64,000 nucleotides of DNA, taken from contig CAVUEP010000013.1 of assembly GCA_963740395.1 (NCBI GenBank), positions 7,290 through 71,289 of the forward strand, in the 5' to 3' direction. The notes under the pieces are model-generated. The model ran no database searches. It was not told the DNA's origin and saw only the letters and a program-made list of their open reading frames with translations. Of the stretch, positions 9,602 through 18,457 are shown piece by piece. Source of the DNA: an uncultured beta proteobacterium (lineage in GTDB: Bacteria > Pseudomonadota > Gammaproteobacteria > Burkholderiales > Burkholderiaceae_C). Within the stretch, counting starts at the first letter, position 1. Each line of letters starts with the position of its first letter. A program made the translations under genes and the position numbers.

Positions 9602-11218
9602 TCATTGCTTGGGGCGCAAAGACGACGGCGCCGTCGTTGCGGCGTTCGACCATGTGCGTACCGGCATCTCGGCAGCGCTTGGCGTGCGCACACGATCCAT
9701 GACACGCTGCTCGGGTGATGCGCCCGGCGCGCCTGCCACGGCAAATGCGATCCATGCACCCGGCTCCGCCTGGACAGGCACCATTGCGCGCGCGCGCACC
9801 CGCCACTCGCCGGCTACGGCAGTCATCTGCCCCGGCGTTCCCGGTGCATGGCCCCCCCAGCCGGTATAGCCGACACCCTCGATGGCTGCGGCGCCCACGG
9901 GAACGCTGGTGACGAACACCCACGCGCCCGCTGGGTTCCGGCGCTGGAACTGGAGCTCGTACGAAGTCACGGCACTGCCCCCGGGCGGCGCAACGCGAAT
10001 CTTCATTGCCGTCTGCGGCGCGTGTGTGCTGCCGGCCCTCGGCTCGACGATGCTGGGGGCCCCGATGACCGCTGATTGACCTGTGCCAGCGACATTCGCG
10101 GCCACGGCCGCGGGCGCTCGCACCGTTGCAGGAGGGCTCGGCGCTGTGAAGGCGGGCTCCTGGCTTGCACGGGAGTGCCCAGAAGATTTGGTTGGCGCCT
10201 TGAATGCACGCTCTGGCGTTGCGCTCGCCTGTGCAGCGCTCCTGCCCTGAACCGCAGCGAGCACCTCCACAGCACAGGTCGGTCCGGCATCATTAACGGC
10301 GCAGACGCGGAAGGCATGCGGTCGGCGCGGATCGAGCGGCGCCGACTTGAACTGGAATGCAAGGCGGGTCTTGCCGGCCTGTGCGCCCTTCGGACCGGGC
10401 AGTGATCCTTCGACAAGCCATGGGCGACCGGGCCCGGGCGGGCTCTGGCGCTCGACCGTGTAGGAGTCGACCGGCCTTGATTGCGACTGGTCCGGTGTGT
10501 TCCACTCGATCAGGATCGGTGTGAGTTCCGCATCCAGTTTCGCCGGCGCGCGCGCGGCCACATCCAGAGGCGCTCGCGGCGGCGTCAACGAGGCCGGCGT
10601 GCCGCATATCAGGCCGACCTTCTCCAGCCACCAGCCCGCATGGCCGTGGATGCCGACGGCCACCAGGCCCGGCGGGCATGTTTGCGATTCGCGTTTTTGG
10701 GAGCCGCCCGGAAAGATCGGGGCCTCGAACCTCGCGTCTGGATAGTCGCCGCGGCCACTCTGCCCAGCGCCAGCCGCGCCGCAGAAGATCTCGATCGCGT
10801 TGACGGCGGGGTTCCCACTGGTACCAGGTGACACTTCCGAGACCACGGTCACGCCCAGGACGATCGGCCTGACTTGCGTGCAGTTCAGGCGCCCTACATT
10901 CATTCCGCGTGCACTGCCCCCGGCGGTCGGGACAGCGACTGCCTGGCCGACGCGGCCGGCGCCGAGTGCGGTCGCGCACAGGGGCCAGAGCGAGTTCACG
11001 TCATCGCCCGAGCGCAGGCCGAAGCCGACCACCTGCTGCTCTGCGGCGCAGCGCGCGGTGAACGGGGCTCCCTTGCCTGCCAATCCGAGTGCGGGCAGCA
11101 CGCTGTCCGCAGACACGGATCCCAGCGCCGTGCCGGCGAGTGCAAACACCAGGCTCACCCTGCCGCGCACCGCGTGACCCGATACTTTCTGGCCGACACG
11201 CTGACGGTGGCGCGCCAA
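9602..11218 (-). CDS. Secreted hypothetical protein with two fibronectin-III-like beta modules
   Basis: An N-terminal hydrophobic signal-like stretch (VSLVFALAGTALGSVSA) is present. FN3-like segments include DSYTVERQ...FRVCAVNDAG and TSYELQFQRRN...WRVRARA. The start codon is uncertain. Confidence 0.45.
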   Translation of the reverse strand: MARHRQRVGQKVSGHAVRGRVSLVFALAGTALGSVSADSVLPALGLAGKGAPFTARCAAEQQVVGFGLRSGDDVNSLWPLCATALGAGRVGQAVAVPTAGGSARGMNVGRLNCTQVRPIVLGVTVVSEVSPGTSGNPAVNAIEIFCGAAGAGQSGRGDYPDARFEAPIFPGGSQKRESQTCPPGLVAVGIHGHAGWWLEKVGLICGTPASLTPPRAPLDVAARAPAKLDAELTPILIEWNTPDQSQSRPVDSYTVERQSPPGPGRPWLVEGSLPGPKGAQAGKTRLAFQFKSAPLDPRRPHAFRVCAVNDAGPTCAVEVLAAVQGRSAAQASATPERAFKAPTKSSGHSRASQEPAFTAPSPPATVRAPAAVAANVAGTGQSAVIGAPSIVEPRAGSTHAPQTAMKIRVAPPGGSAVTSYELQFQRRNPAGAWVFVTSVPVGAAAIEGVGYTGWGGHAPGTPGQMTAVAGEWRVRARAMVPVQAEPGAWIAFAVAGAPGASPEQRVMDRVRTPSAAEMPVRTWSNAATTAPSSLRPKQ

Positions 11219-11303
11219 TGCATTTGCGACGGGGAACTCGGCGACAGCGTCGTTTTCGGTGCGGTGCGTGATTCACTTGCTCCTGTTCAGGGCCTTGTTG
11301 CGC

Positions 11304-12065
11304 TCACGGTTGGAATCGCTTCGACAGCTCCAGCACTGCGTCGTTGATCGCCGCGCGCAACGCCGAGTCGACGCCCTCGCGCCGCGTCTGCGACGCCTGC
11401 ACGTCCGGGGTGAATGTCGAACTACGGCCCCGTGGCGCCATGACGTTGCTGATCAGGTTGCCGATGCCGCTGATGCTGGATGCGTCGCCCTTCATCGACC
11501 TGCTGATCGTGATCGCGTCGACGATGTCGCCGCTGCCGGCATCGACGACGCGCACGTCGATTGCGATCGAGTCACGGTTGGTGGCACCACCGACTTGCAT
11601 GCCCGCGATTCCCACGCTTGCCGAGCGCTGCACCTCGCCGACATTGGCTTCCGATACGGTGCCTTCGAATATGTACTGCGCCGGCCGTAGTCGTCGATTG
11701 GCGACGTTTGCGGTCGCCAGACCCTGGGCACCGATTTGCTTCTCGTGGATCACGCCCTCGTTGAGGCGTGCGCGCTCAACGACGCGGAACTGCCCGCTCT
11801 GAACCAGGGCGGTCTTGAACATGTCGGTCGCGGCACGGCCATTGACTTCGTTCACACTCGAGCGGAACTCGTAGATCGTGACGGCCACGCGCTCGCCCTG
11901 CTTGCGCGGCAGCTTCTTCAGTGTCTGCGTCGTTGGTGCCGCGTCGGCGCGTGGCGCCTCGTATGGCATCCCCGCACAACCTGCCAGGCCCAGCGCCGAC
12001 AGCGCCGCCGCAAGCACACCGTCCCGGACTACGGCCAGGTCCAGCAGACTATGTTTCGCTCTCAT
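11304..12065 (-). CDS. CsgG/HfaB family outer-membrane secretion-channel lipoprotein
   Basis: The start is at aa 124 of the track ORF: MRAKHSLL...LGLAGCAG, a lipobox. By eye it aligns to E. coli CsgG blocks: VAVTIYEFRS..., TALVQSGQFRVVERARLNEGVIHEKQI, YIFEGTVSE...IAIDVRVVDAGSGDIVDAITISRSM. Confidence 0.75.
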   Translation of the reverse strand: MRAKHSLLDLAVVRDGVLAAALSALGLAGCAGMPYEAPRADAAPTTQTLKKLPRKQGERVAVTIYEFRSSVNEVNGRAATDMFKTALVQSGQFRVVERARLNEGVIHEKQIGAQGLATANVANRRLRPAQYIFEGTVSEANVGEVQRSASVGIAGMQVGGATNRDSIAIDVRVVDAGSGDIVDAITISRSMKGDASSISGIGNLISNVMAPRGRSSTFTPDVQASQTRREGVDSALRAAINDAVLELSKRFQP

Positions 12066-12132
12066 CTCGGCCTCCAGTGGACGCAGGCAACGGTTGTCGA
12101 CGCGATGTGGACGCTGACGGCTGCGCGCATCG

Positions 12133-12480
12133 TCACCGCCCGTCCGCGATCCCTGGCGCAGAGGCATCCGGCACGACCAGCGTCTGCCGCGCCGTCCGGA
12201 TCCAGATGTAGCCCGGCGGTTCCACGTCGACATCGAGGTAGAGGACTTCGCGGCGTCGCAGCATTTCCAGCAATGTCGACAGCGCCGAGGGCCGTAGAAA
12301 GCCGCGCGCGCCCTCACTGCCGTGCAGCCGAGGCGGGGGTACCGCTGCCGCTTCGGCGACGAACCCGAACTGGGCCAAGCGGCGACCCGCGCCATCCCAC
12401 AGCTCGAGCCGGCCGGGCTGGCCCGTGCCGCCATCGATCGAGTACTGGAAATGCGCGATGCGCTGGGTGCTGACCGCCAT
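12133..12480 (-). CDS. Hypothetical 115-aa protein between the regulator and the CsgG-like gene
   Basis: This is the C-terminal part of track ORF 12133..12993, from MAVSTQRIAHFQYSIDGG. Codon bias is plausible, but there is no signal peptide and no recognised domain. Confidence 0.35.
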   Translation of the reverse strand: MAVSTQRIAHFQYSIDGGTGQPGRLELWDGAGRRLAQFGFVAEAAAVPPPRLHGSEGARGFLRPSALSTLLEMLRRREVLYLDVDVEPPGYIWIRTARQTLVVPDASAPGIADGR

Positions 12481-12545
12481 GCGCACAGCTTCCGCCCGGC
12501 GATCTGACACCGGACTCACAGAACGCTGAAATGGCCCGCCGGCGC

Positions 12546-15500
12546 TCAGCCGGCCAGGTGAAGCGCCTCGCGCATCAGTGTTTCGAGGGCTGCACCGGGC
12601 TTGCGGCCGATCAGGATCGACAGCACCTCGCGGCATCGGCGGAACACCTGCACCGCCTCCGCGGGTCGATTCTGTTGCAACAGACAGCGCATCAGGCTGC
12701 AGTAGGCGTCCTCGGCCAGGTTGTCGTGCTCCAAGGCCAACCGGTAGACGCGTTCGGCATCGGCCCAGCAGCTCAACGCTTCGAGACGCTGGCCCGCCCG
12801 ACGCATGGCACGCAGAAACTGACTGCTGCACCGATCGGCAATGCCAACCGCCCACGGTTCGGCTGGATTGGCACCGGCAAACCCACCGCGGTAAGTACTG
12901 CAAAGTGCGGCGCTGAGTTCTGAGACCTGGTCCGCGTCGAGGTGATCCAGCGTCTCGCTGTCGATGCGTTGCACCAGCGCGGCCAACGCCCACACATCGG
13001 CCCAGACCAGCTGTCGATCGAAGCCGAGTTGGCCCTCGCGCAGCACGAGCGCATCGTGGCGTCCGAGCAACTTGCGAAGCCGGTAGAGCGTCGTATCGAA
13101 CGCCGCGCGCGCCGCGTCGCCATCGGCCTCAGGCCATAAGCTGTCGGCCAGCAGACTCACGTCAACGGCGATCGATCCCGAGCCGACAAGCAGCTTGACC
13201 AGGTCCATCGGTTTGCGGTTGCCGCGCTGCGCAACGGGCAGCGGCGCATCGTTGATCAGTATCTCGAAATCGCCGAGGGCCCGCACCCGAACCGGCCACG
13301 GCCACTCAGCCTGCGAGTTGTCTGGCGCCGCCAGTGCACGGCGAGAAATCGCCTCGCGCACGAACTCGGTTTCGATGCCGCGCGCAAGCGCTTCGGCGCA
13401 CAGTTGCGCGGCAAGGCGCGGCAAATGGTTCGCAAAGGCCCACCAGTTGTGCTCACGGCTGCGCGTCAGCACGCGCGCGAGCAAGGCCATGTCGAGTGGA
13501 TGTCGCCGGCGGATCTGCTCGGCGAGCGGCGCCATGTCGGCGAGTATCTCCAGAAAATCGCGTCGCATCGCCTGCAGCGGCGCCGCGTGCGCGAGTGCGA
13601 CGCTGCGCGCCTCGTTCTCGCGACCGAGCGCGATCAGCACCTGCACACGCTGCAAATCGAAGATCCAGCGCTCTGCTGGTGGGAACTCACCGTCGCGCGC
13701 TGCCTCCAGCGCGAGATCGGATGCGACCAAGGCCTGCTGTGGCTTGCCGGCCAGCAGCAGCTGCCGCGCTTCGAATTGCAGCAATCCCGCCCGCTGAGTC
13801 GGCAGCCGGGTGTCTGTGACCTCGCGCATGCTGCGCAGGTACTTCTCTGCGGCGGCGATATCTCCGCGCGAGAACATTGACGCGACAAGGTAGCTCAACG
13901 CGGCGTATGCGAGCGCGTCGATCGCGTTGCTGCGTGCGATGTCGACGGCATGTTCGAACAATTGCACCGCGTCGCCCTCCAGCACGCCGTGGCGGCGCAC
14001 GGGCATGCGCGGGGCAACTGCCGCCAGCGCGATGTACCAGCCCGCCAGCGCGCCGGCACTCAATTCGTTGCTCGCCAACCACGGCAGCGACAGATCGACC
14101 GATCGCTCGAGCAGTTCGCGATCACCCCCTCGGGAGGAAAACTCGATCAACGCGATGCCGGCCTCGACAGCATCGTTGGCCTCGATGGACTGGTCGCCGT
14201 TCGGCGCCTCGGTTCCAGCCGCCAGCGTCTCGATGATCGAAGCAACCGCGTCGCGAGCACGGGCATCGTCGGCAGCGAAACTGAACGAAACCTCGTTCGC
14301 GCGCAGCCACACGAACGCAACGCGCAAGCGCTCGGTCGCGGAAGTCGGGCGCAAGCCGAGCGCCATCAGCTCGCTCATGCGTGACTGCCAGAGCTCTCGT
14401 CCGTGAAACACGGACCACCCAGAAATCATGGTGCCGAGCGCGGTCGCGCACGTGACCAGGGCGCGCTCCTTGTCATTGCGCGAAACGAAGCCAACGTAGG
14501 CACGCTCGAAATGAGTCAGTGCCGTTCCAGATGTGCGCCGCGCCATCGCTCGACCAATGACTTCCTGCATCGCGGGCTCGCTGGCAGCAAGCGCGGGCGG
14601 CAAGAGTCGCGCGGCTTGCAACAGCTCACCTTCACGGCGTGCACGCAGCAGCCCCGCGGCCTGCCCGATGCAGCCGTGCATCGCCGACGAGACATCGCCT
14701 GCCCGCACGAACACACTGACTGCGGTCTCCAGATAGCCACAATGCAACGCGAAGTCCGCCACGCGCAATTGCGCTGCGTGTCGCCAGGCGGCGTCACCCA
14801 TCTGGTCGAACACGACGCGTAGCGCGGCCCGGAACAGGTCGTGCAGGCGCCACATGGGCGGCCGCGTTGCCAGCAATGTGATAAACAGATGCCGTCGTTG
14901 CAGATCCCGAATCCACGCTACCGCTTCGGCGTCGTCGCTGAAGGCCGCGCATGCGTCGGCGCCAAACTGCGGCAGCCAGCTCAGCATCGCCAGCAACTCG
15001 CGCTGGCGCAGGGGCAACGGATTCACGAAGCGCAACGCCAGGTATTCAAGCAGGTCGTCGCGCATGGCCTCCGGCGCCTGGCGTGTAGCGACTCCGGTGC
15101 GCCCGAGCAGGACCAGCCCAGCCGCCCAGCCGCCGGTGTCGGCGTACACGGCCGCGAGCGACTCATCGTCCCCCTTGGCGCCTATCAACTCGCGCGCTTC
15201 CTGCGGCGTGAAGGCCAAGCTTGCGCCATCAACAGTGGCAAGGCGTCCGGCAGAAACGAGTTCGAGCCAATCCGTTGGTGGATCACGATGACCCAGCACG
15301 AGCACATGGCTGCCAACGGGAGCCTCCTCGATTGCCTTGCGCAACGCCGTGGCGAAGGCAGAACTCTGGGCGGCCTGGGTATCGTCGAAAACGAGGACGC
15401 TTCCCGTGCGCAGTCGATCCCAAAACACACGAAAGAACGACTGCCAGAAGAGCTCAAGCCGCCCGGCCCACACTTCACCCCAGGCAACAGGCTCGGCGCG

Positions 15501-15860
15501 CGTAGCCCGCCGTCGCGGCCGCGGCGTGAGGGCGGCGGCCAAGTACGACGAGACCACCCCTGGATCGTCATCACCGGCGTCAACGCGATAGAACACCGTA
15601 TTGCCTGGCCGCGTCTGCGTCCACGTCGCTGCAAGCAAGGTCTTGCCGCTGCCTGGCGCCGCGGCCAGCCATAGTCCTGCCGACTCGGCGGCCAAGGAGT
15701 CGAGCATTTGATGGAGCCGCGGGCGCACGACGGCACGCCCAGCGCGTGGCCGCGCCAATTTCGCCAAGGTTGGCACAGTCGCGGTCGCGGCGGCAGGCGC
15801 CATGGACATGGGTTCGACTTCGCGTCCGACGACGCGTGTGAGACGAGGATTAGCCATCAT
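12546..15860 (-). CDS. Large STAND-type regulator: N-terminal P-loop ATPase (MalT-like), helical/TPR middle, C-terminal winged-helix plus BTAD (SARP-like) module
   Basis: Walker A is AAAPGSGKTLLA. The C-terminus reads VRVRALGDFEILINDAPLP...MDLVKLLV...LWPEADGDAARAAFDTTLYRLRKLLG, followed by BTAD-like helices. I placed the start at MMANPRL (aa 108 of the track ORF). The upstream extension runs into the proQ remnant. Alternative starts are 15809 and 15803. Confidence 0.7.
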   Translation of the reverse strand: MMANPRLTRVVGREVEPMSMAPAAATATVPTLAKLARPRAGRAVVRPRLHQMLDSLAAESAGLWLAAAPGSGKTLLAATWTQTRPGNTVFYRVDAGDDDPGVVSSYLAAALTPRPRRRATRAEPVAWGEVWAGRLELFWQSFFRVFWDRLRTGSVLVFDDTQAAQSSAFATALRKAIEEAPVGSHVLVLGHRDPPTDWLELVSAGRLATVDGASLAFTPQEARELIGAKGDDESLAAVYADTGGWAAGLVLLGRTGVATRQAPEAMRDDLLEYLALRFVNPLPLRQRELLAMLSWLPQFGADACAAFSDDAEAVAWIRDLQRRHLFITLLATRPPMWRLHDLFRAALRVVFDQMGDAAWRHAAQLRVADFALHCGYLETAVSVFVRAGDVSSAMHGCIGQAAGLLRARREGELLQAARLLPPALAASEPAMQEVIGRAMARRTSGTALTHFERAYVGFVSRNDKERALVTCATALGTMISGWSVFHGRELWQSRMSELMALGLRPTSATERLRVAFVWLRANEVSFSFAADDARARDAVASIIETLAAGTEAPNGDQSIEANDAVEAGIALIEFSSRGGDRELLERSVDLSLPWLASNELSAGALAGWYIALAAVAPRMPVRRHGVLEGDAVQLFEHAVDIARSNAIDALAYAALSYLVASMFSRGDIAAAEKYLRSMREVTDTRLPTQRAGLLQFEARQLLLAGKPQQALVASDLALEAARDGEFPPAERWIFDLQRVQVLIALGRENEARSVALAHAAPLQAMRRDFLEILADMAPLAEQIRRRHPLDMALLARVLTRSREHNWWAFANHLPRLAAQLCAEALARGIETEFVREAISRRALAAPDNSQAEWPWPVRVRALGDFEILINDAPLPVAQRGNRKPMDLVKLLVGSGSIAVDVSLLADSLWPEADGDAARAAFDTTLYRLRKLLGRHDALVLREGQLGFDRQLVWADVWALAALVQRIDSETLDHLDADQVSELSAALCSTYRGGFAGANPAEPWAVGIADRCSSQFLRAMRRAGQRLEALSCWADAERVYRLALEHDNLAEDAYCSLMRCLLQQNRPAEAVQVFRRCREVLSILIGRKPGAALETLMREALHLAG

Positions 15861-16136
15861 CGGGCAAGAACGGCTCCCTGTCTGCCGAGAACGGGACCAC
15901 AGACCGAGGCGAAGTGGCCAGCCTGCGGCGTCGGTACCTTCGCCATTGTCACGATGGCGCAGCCACTTGGGGGCTTGGTCGTCTCCGTCGAGCGCCCGGG
16001 GCCTTCGGCCGCGGTTGACCACGTAAGCGTCGCGAATCGGAGTGGGGGTTGCCGCCCAATCCCGCGGCAGCAGTCCCGTCAGACGAGGGCGAGAGCGCCG
16101 TCCAGTCTGAGGTCGAACCCAACGCCGGCACAGCAA

Positions 16137-16326
16137 ATGCGCCGGGCCGGCCAAGCCGATCAAGCTGCGCATCCATGCCAAACCCCGGACGCACGCGCCG
16201 GGCGCTTATGCCAGACCCGTACTCAGCCCTCTATTCAGTCGCGACAGGAAGCTGCGCGCCCACTTGACGGCGTTGCCTGCCGCGCTCGAGCAGGCCCAGG
16301 CGGAGCGCCGCGGCAACGGCCGCTAG
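16137..16326 (+). pseudogene. Decayed, internally deleted partial copy of the ProQ/FinO gene at 6222..7310
   Basis: 16142..16175 is identical over 34 nt to 6553..6586, the PIKLRIH coding block. 16278..16307 is identical over 30 nt to 7220..7249, the proQ 3' end. Both are in the same orientation, and the sequence between them is divergent or deleted. Confidence 0.6.
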
Positions 16327-16419
16327 ACTGCATCGGGCGCTCGCATTGCGAGCGTGGTGGTGTGCGCGTCCACGTCGGATGCGCCGACCTGCGAGCTTTC
16401 CAGAAGGAGGGAGTGCACC

Positions 16420-18399
16420 TTGTCCGACTCTGGCCTGTCCGATCTTGACGCGACCCCGCCCTCCAGCCGCGAGCAACTCGCGTTCTCGCTCTATGAGGCG
16501 GCGGAACTCGAACACTGCATCCTCTGCACCTACCTCTACGCCGCGTTCAGCCTCAAGCAAGGCATCGCCGAGGGCTTGACGGCACAAGAGAGCGAGGCGG
16601 TCGCGCGCTGGCGCCGCGTGTTGCTCGGCGTCGCGCTCGAAGAGATGGGCCACGCGGTGGCGGTGTGGAACATCACCAGCGCGCTGGGCTTGTCGCCGCG
16701 CGTCGGGCGCATGAACTTTCCCCTCGATCCCGGGTACCTGCCCGCCGACATCGTGCTCAAGCTGGCGCCCTTCGGCACGGCGTCGCTGCAGCACTTCATT
16801 CATCTTGAGCGGCCGGTGGGGTCCACCGAGCCCGATGGCGAGGGGTTTGCGCCCGTGAATCGCTATCTGCGCGGCGGCGCGGCGGGCGAGTGGTTGACGC
16901 CCACGCCGCTCAACTTCGATACCGTCGGTGACTTCTACGCCATGCTCGCGGCCGAGCTGCAGCGCTTCGTCGCCTCGGTGGGCGAGGCACAGGCGTTTTG
17001 CGGCGACCCGGCGTTGCAGATCTTGCCGACCGAGGTCCCTCTGGAAGACGCGCAGCGTGTCGTTTGCATGAAGAGCGCGGCCGCGGTCTGTGCCGCCATC
17101 GTGGAGCAGGGCGAGGGCGCACCCGACCACATGGAGGGCTCGCACTTCCAGCAGTTCACGGCCATCCGCGATGAGTATGCCCAGCTGTTGGCGCAGAACC
17201 CGGCCTTCGTGCCGGCGCATCCGGCCGCCGTCAACCCGGTCCTGCGCCGACCGCCGCGGCCCGAAGGGCGGGTCTGGCTCGAGGGCCCCGACACGGTGGC
17301 CACGGTCGATCTGGCCAACGCCTGCTACGGCCTGATGCAACGCCTGCTGGCGCATGCCTACCGCGTACCCACGGGCGCGGAAAAGTCGCTCTGCGTTGAC
17401 GTCGCGGTGGGCTTGATGCGTGCCATGACGCCCCTGGGCGAACGCGCCGCGCGCCTGCCCGCAGGGCCGTCGAATCCGCAGCTCAATGCCGGTGTGACGT
17501 TCGCGACACTGCGCGACACCGCCGCGTTGCCCGCGGGGCCTGGCGCGTGGCAATTCTTCAATGAGCGGCTGCGCGACTTTGCAGCGGCCAGCGCAAGAAT
17601 GGCCCAGGGCGGGGACGCCCGCGCGAGTGCCGCGGCACGGGTTCTGGCCGACCTTGCCGCACGGGCCGCCAACGGGGCCGATCTGGTTGCCAGCGCCGCC
17701 ACGGCCCCGCCAGTCGCAGCCAAGGCCAGCCCCATCGCCGCCGCGCCCGCATCGACGACAGTTGCCGGTGTCGAAACCGTCAAAGGCTCCGCGCTGACCT
17801 TGATGTTCGAGGCCAAGCGCTGCATTCACGCGCGCTTTTGCGTGACGGGTGCGCCGAATGTTTTCCTGGGCAACGTCAAAGGCGCGTGGCTGCATCCGGA
17901 TGCGATGGACGCCGAGCGCCTGGCCGACATTGCCCATGCCTGCCCATCGGGCGCCATTCGCTACCGACGCAACGACGGCCGGCCCGACGAAGCGCCGCCG
18001 CCGGTGAACCTGGCGGCCGTGCGGGAGGCCGGACCCTACGCCTTTCGCGGTGAACTGATGCTCGACGGCGCCCCGGCCGGTACGCGCGCGACCCTGTGCC
18101 GCTGCGGCGCGTCGAAGAACAAGCCGTTTTGCGACAACTCGCACCGCAAGATCGACTTCAATGCCAGCGGCGAGCCCCCCAGCGGCCAAACGGCCGCGCT
18201 CGTGGAGCGCAACGGACCCTTGCGGATCGATCCGCAACTCGACGGGCCGCTGCAGGTGCGCGGCAATCTCGAGATCACCAGCGGCACGGGCCGCGTTGTG
18301 GCGCGCGTGAACTCAGCGCGACTGTGCCGCTGCGGCGCCAGCGCCAACAAGCCCTTCTGCGACAACAGCCACGCCCGCATCGGGTTTCGCTCGACCTGA
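16420..18399 (+). CDS. Fusion protein: ferritin-like domain + divergent 4Fe-4S mono-cluster-like segment + two CDGSH iron-sulfur domains
   Basis: The N-terminus is LAFSLYEAAELEHCILCTYLYAAFSLK ... LEEMGHAVAVWN, the ferritin-like family. The middle is KRCIHARFCVTGAPNVF...AHACPSGAIRY. Two C-terminal motifs read CRCGASKNKPFCDNSH and CRCGASANKPFCDNSH. I preferred the TTG start at 16420, 9 nt after AGGAGG. A GTG at 16354 is an alternative. Confidence 0.7.
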   Translation: MSDSGLSDLDATPPSSREQLAFSLYEAAELEHCILCTYLYAAFSLKQGIAEGLTAQESEAVARWRRVLLGVALEEMGHAVAVWNITSALGLSPRVGRMNFPLDPGYLPADIVLKLAPFGTASLQHFIHLERPVGSTEPDGEGFAPVNRYLRGGAAGEWLTPTPLNFDTVGDFYAMLAAELQRFVASVGEAQAFCGDPALQILPTEVPLEDAQRVVCMKSAAAVCAAIVEQGEGAPDHMEGSHFQQFTAIRDEYAQLLAQNPAFVPAHPAAVNPVLRRPPRPEGRVWLEGPDTVATVDLANACYGLMQRLLAHAYRVPTGAEKSLCVDVAVGLMRAMTPLGERAARLPAGPSNPQLNAGVTFATLRDTAALPAGPGAWQFFNERLRDFAAASARMAQGGDARASAAARVLADLAARAANGADLVASAATAPPVAAKASPIAAAPASTTVAGVETVKGSALTLMFEAKRCIHARFCVTGAPNVFLGNVKGAWLHPDAMDAERLADIAHACPSGAIRYRRNDGRPDEAPPPVNLAAVREAGPYAFRGELMLDGAPAGTRATLCRCGASKNKPFCDNSHRKIDFNASGEPPSGQTAALVERNGPLRIDPQLDGPLQVRGNLEITSGTGRVVARVNSARLCRCGASANKPFCDNSHARIGFRST

Positions 18400-18457
18400 T
18401 CCGCCATGGTCTGCCGCTGGCCGCACGCCGAGCCGGCGCGACTATGCGGCCGCGGCG

